DNA of 33,224 bases, taken from positions 4,823 through 38,046 of the forward strand of contig JABBNV010000002.1 in NCBI GenBank assembly GCA_019352125.1. Direction: 5' to 3'. Each line of letters starts with the position of its first letter. Within the stretch, counting starts at the first letter, position 1. This DNA comes from Acidobacteriota bacterium. GTDB lineage: Bacteria; Actinomycetota; Actinomycetes; Actinomycetales; Micrococcaceae. Below, piece by piece: positions 32,237 through 33,224 of the stretch. The notes beneath the pieces are model-generated. The model did not search any database, was not told the origin of the DNA, and saw only the letters and a program-made list of their open reading frames with translations. The translations under genes were made by a program, and so were the position numbers.

Positions 32237-33224
32237 TTATCCGTGCCCGCTAGGCGAACAAATAAAGTGCGCCACGAACGCGCTCCAGCCGGTTTGATGG
32301 GTAGCACCCAAACCCTCTCCGGTATCCCCGTGGAAATATTCGCTGAACACTGGGTGCGGGTCCCATAGCGGGCCACTGGGAAAGTCCCTGGGCGTGCCGG
32401 GTCGGCGTCCACGCTCTCCTGGTCGGTAGAGGTCAGTGAGCCTGACTTTGATCTCCTCCGCTTCTGCCCGATAGCCCAGTTCTGTCAATGCGCCCACCAA
32501 TAATGCGTTGACAGGGAACCAGACTGGACCCCGCCAATTGGAGTTGCCGCCAAAGAGCCCCGAATCCGAAACTCCCGGCAAGTAGGCCATGGTCATGGAC
32601 CGGCCGTCAACGTCAACACTGAACGGCTCCCGGTATGCAGCAGAGAGCGCTCTGATTCCGTGATCGGACAGGAATTCTGCTGGATCCAACAGCCGCTTCA
32701 AAACTCGCTGCCGCCTGTCTTCCTCCAACAATGCCAAGGTTCCTGCGCGGAAGTGATCCGTCTGCTTGCTCAATCTAGCCAGCTTGGCAGCAAACGCTGG
32801 CAAGCTTGTAGTGGCCCACTCCGGCAAGGCGGTCACTGCTAGGAGTGGCATCAAGCCCACCATGGAGCGCACCCGAAGTTGTTCTTCTGTGCCGTCGGGC
32901 CGGAGCAACACGTCATAGAAGAATCCGTCGTCCTCATTCCAGAGCGAATTACCGGTGTAACCAAAGTTCTCCATCGCGTCAGCAATGCCGAAGAACTGCC
33001 CCAGGAAGTAGCTGGCCATGTCTTCCCAGCTGGGGTCCGTACTAGCAAGTTCCAGCGCAATACGCAGCATCCCCAGCGCATAGAATGCCATCCAGCTACT
33101 GGCATCAGACTGCTCCAAGCGGTATCCGGGTGGCATCGGAGCGGACCGGTCAAAGAGGCCGATATTGTCCATACCCAGGAACCCGCCCTCAAACAGGTGG
33201 TTTCCGTCCGCGTCCTTCCGGTTG
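32237..33224 (-). CDS. GH63-like (MGH1-like) glucosidase, C-terminal part; 5' end beyond the window
   Basis: The reading frame stays open upstream of the listed Met to the window edge (...NRKDADGNHLFEGGFLGMDNIGLFDRS...LEQSDASSWMAFY...). An (alpha/alpha)6-barrel glucosidase-like sequence follows. Stop at 32237. Confidence 0.75.
   Translation of the reverse strand, partial: NRKDADGNHLFEGGFLGMDNIGLFDRSAPMPPGYRLEQSDASSWMAFYALGMLRIALELASTDPSWEDMASYFLGQFFGIADAMENFGYTGNSLWNEDDGFFYDVLLRPDGTEEQLRVRSMVGLMPLLAVTALPEWATTSLPAFAAKLARLSKQTDHFRAGTLALLEEDRRQRVLKRLLDPAEFLSDHGIRALSAAYREPFSVDVDGRSMTMAYLPGVSDSGLFGGNSNWRGPVWFPVNALLVGALTELGYRAEAEEIKVRLTDLYRPGERGRRPGTPRDFPSGPLWDPHPVFSEYFHGDTGEGLGATHQTGWSAFVAHFICSPSGHG

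Noticed and set aside
1-33224. CRISPR arrays, tandem repeats, IS elements, prophage genes, toxin-antitoxin pairs or known defence systems.
   Set aside because: Reading both strands, I found no spaced direct-repeat arrays and no transposase, integrase, recombinase, nuclease or ATPase defence-type ORFs. The small GNAT at 31871..32191 has no adjacent antitoxin-like ORF.

Overview
High-GC actinobacterial chromosomal DNA. Gene content and protein sequences look Micrococcaceae/Arthrobacter-like, but that is inference, not a search result. The window is densely coding, with about 38 protein genes and many 4-nt ATGA/GTGA start-stop overlaps. Left to right: (1) a minus-strand MFS-USP-Asp23-DUF2273-Asp23-like-DUF6286 envelope/alkaline-shock operon. 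(2) A minus-strand tRNA-Glu/Asp/Phe operon with a clean intrinsic terminator. (3) A RipA-like coiled-coil NlpC/P60 cell-wall hydrolase behind an unusually AT-rich upstream region. (4) A tandem USP. (5) A translationally coupled PLP (alanine-racemase-fold) enzyme and ALO/GULO-type FAD oxidase pair, followed by a 184-aa mini flavoprotein. (6) CopC. (7) An NCS2/AzgA permease abutting hutG, then hutH, hutU, an IclR regulator and a 3-hydroxybutyrate-dehydrogenase-like SDR; no hutI is present. (8) Spermidine-synthase-like, MTH1187 and TetR genes. (9) A tightly packed glpQ-GH15-DoxX-like-azlC-azlD operon. (10) DUF445, an unknown 289-aa protein, a truncated DUF2871 remnant in lower-GC DNA and an alpha/beta hydrolase. 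(11) A ProP/MHS-type MFS transporter, an SDR, an unknown polytopic membrane protein, a small GNAT and a partial GH63-like glucosidase running off the right edge. I found no transposase, integrase, CRISPR array, toxin-antitoxin pair or recognisable defence genes, and no convincing novel multi-gene system. The best unexplained signals are non-coding or contextual. First, an orphan canonical intrinsic terminator with a CCCCCC loop in a divergent promoter region (28257-28303), a candidate C-rich-loop sRNA. Second, a 54-nt near-perfect palindrome next to the tRNA operon (4380-4433). Third, the coupled PLP-enzyme/FAD-oxidase cassette. Fourth, the NCS2 permease apparently co-translated with hutG. All family names come from my reading of the translations; no database search was run.
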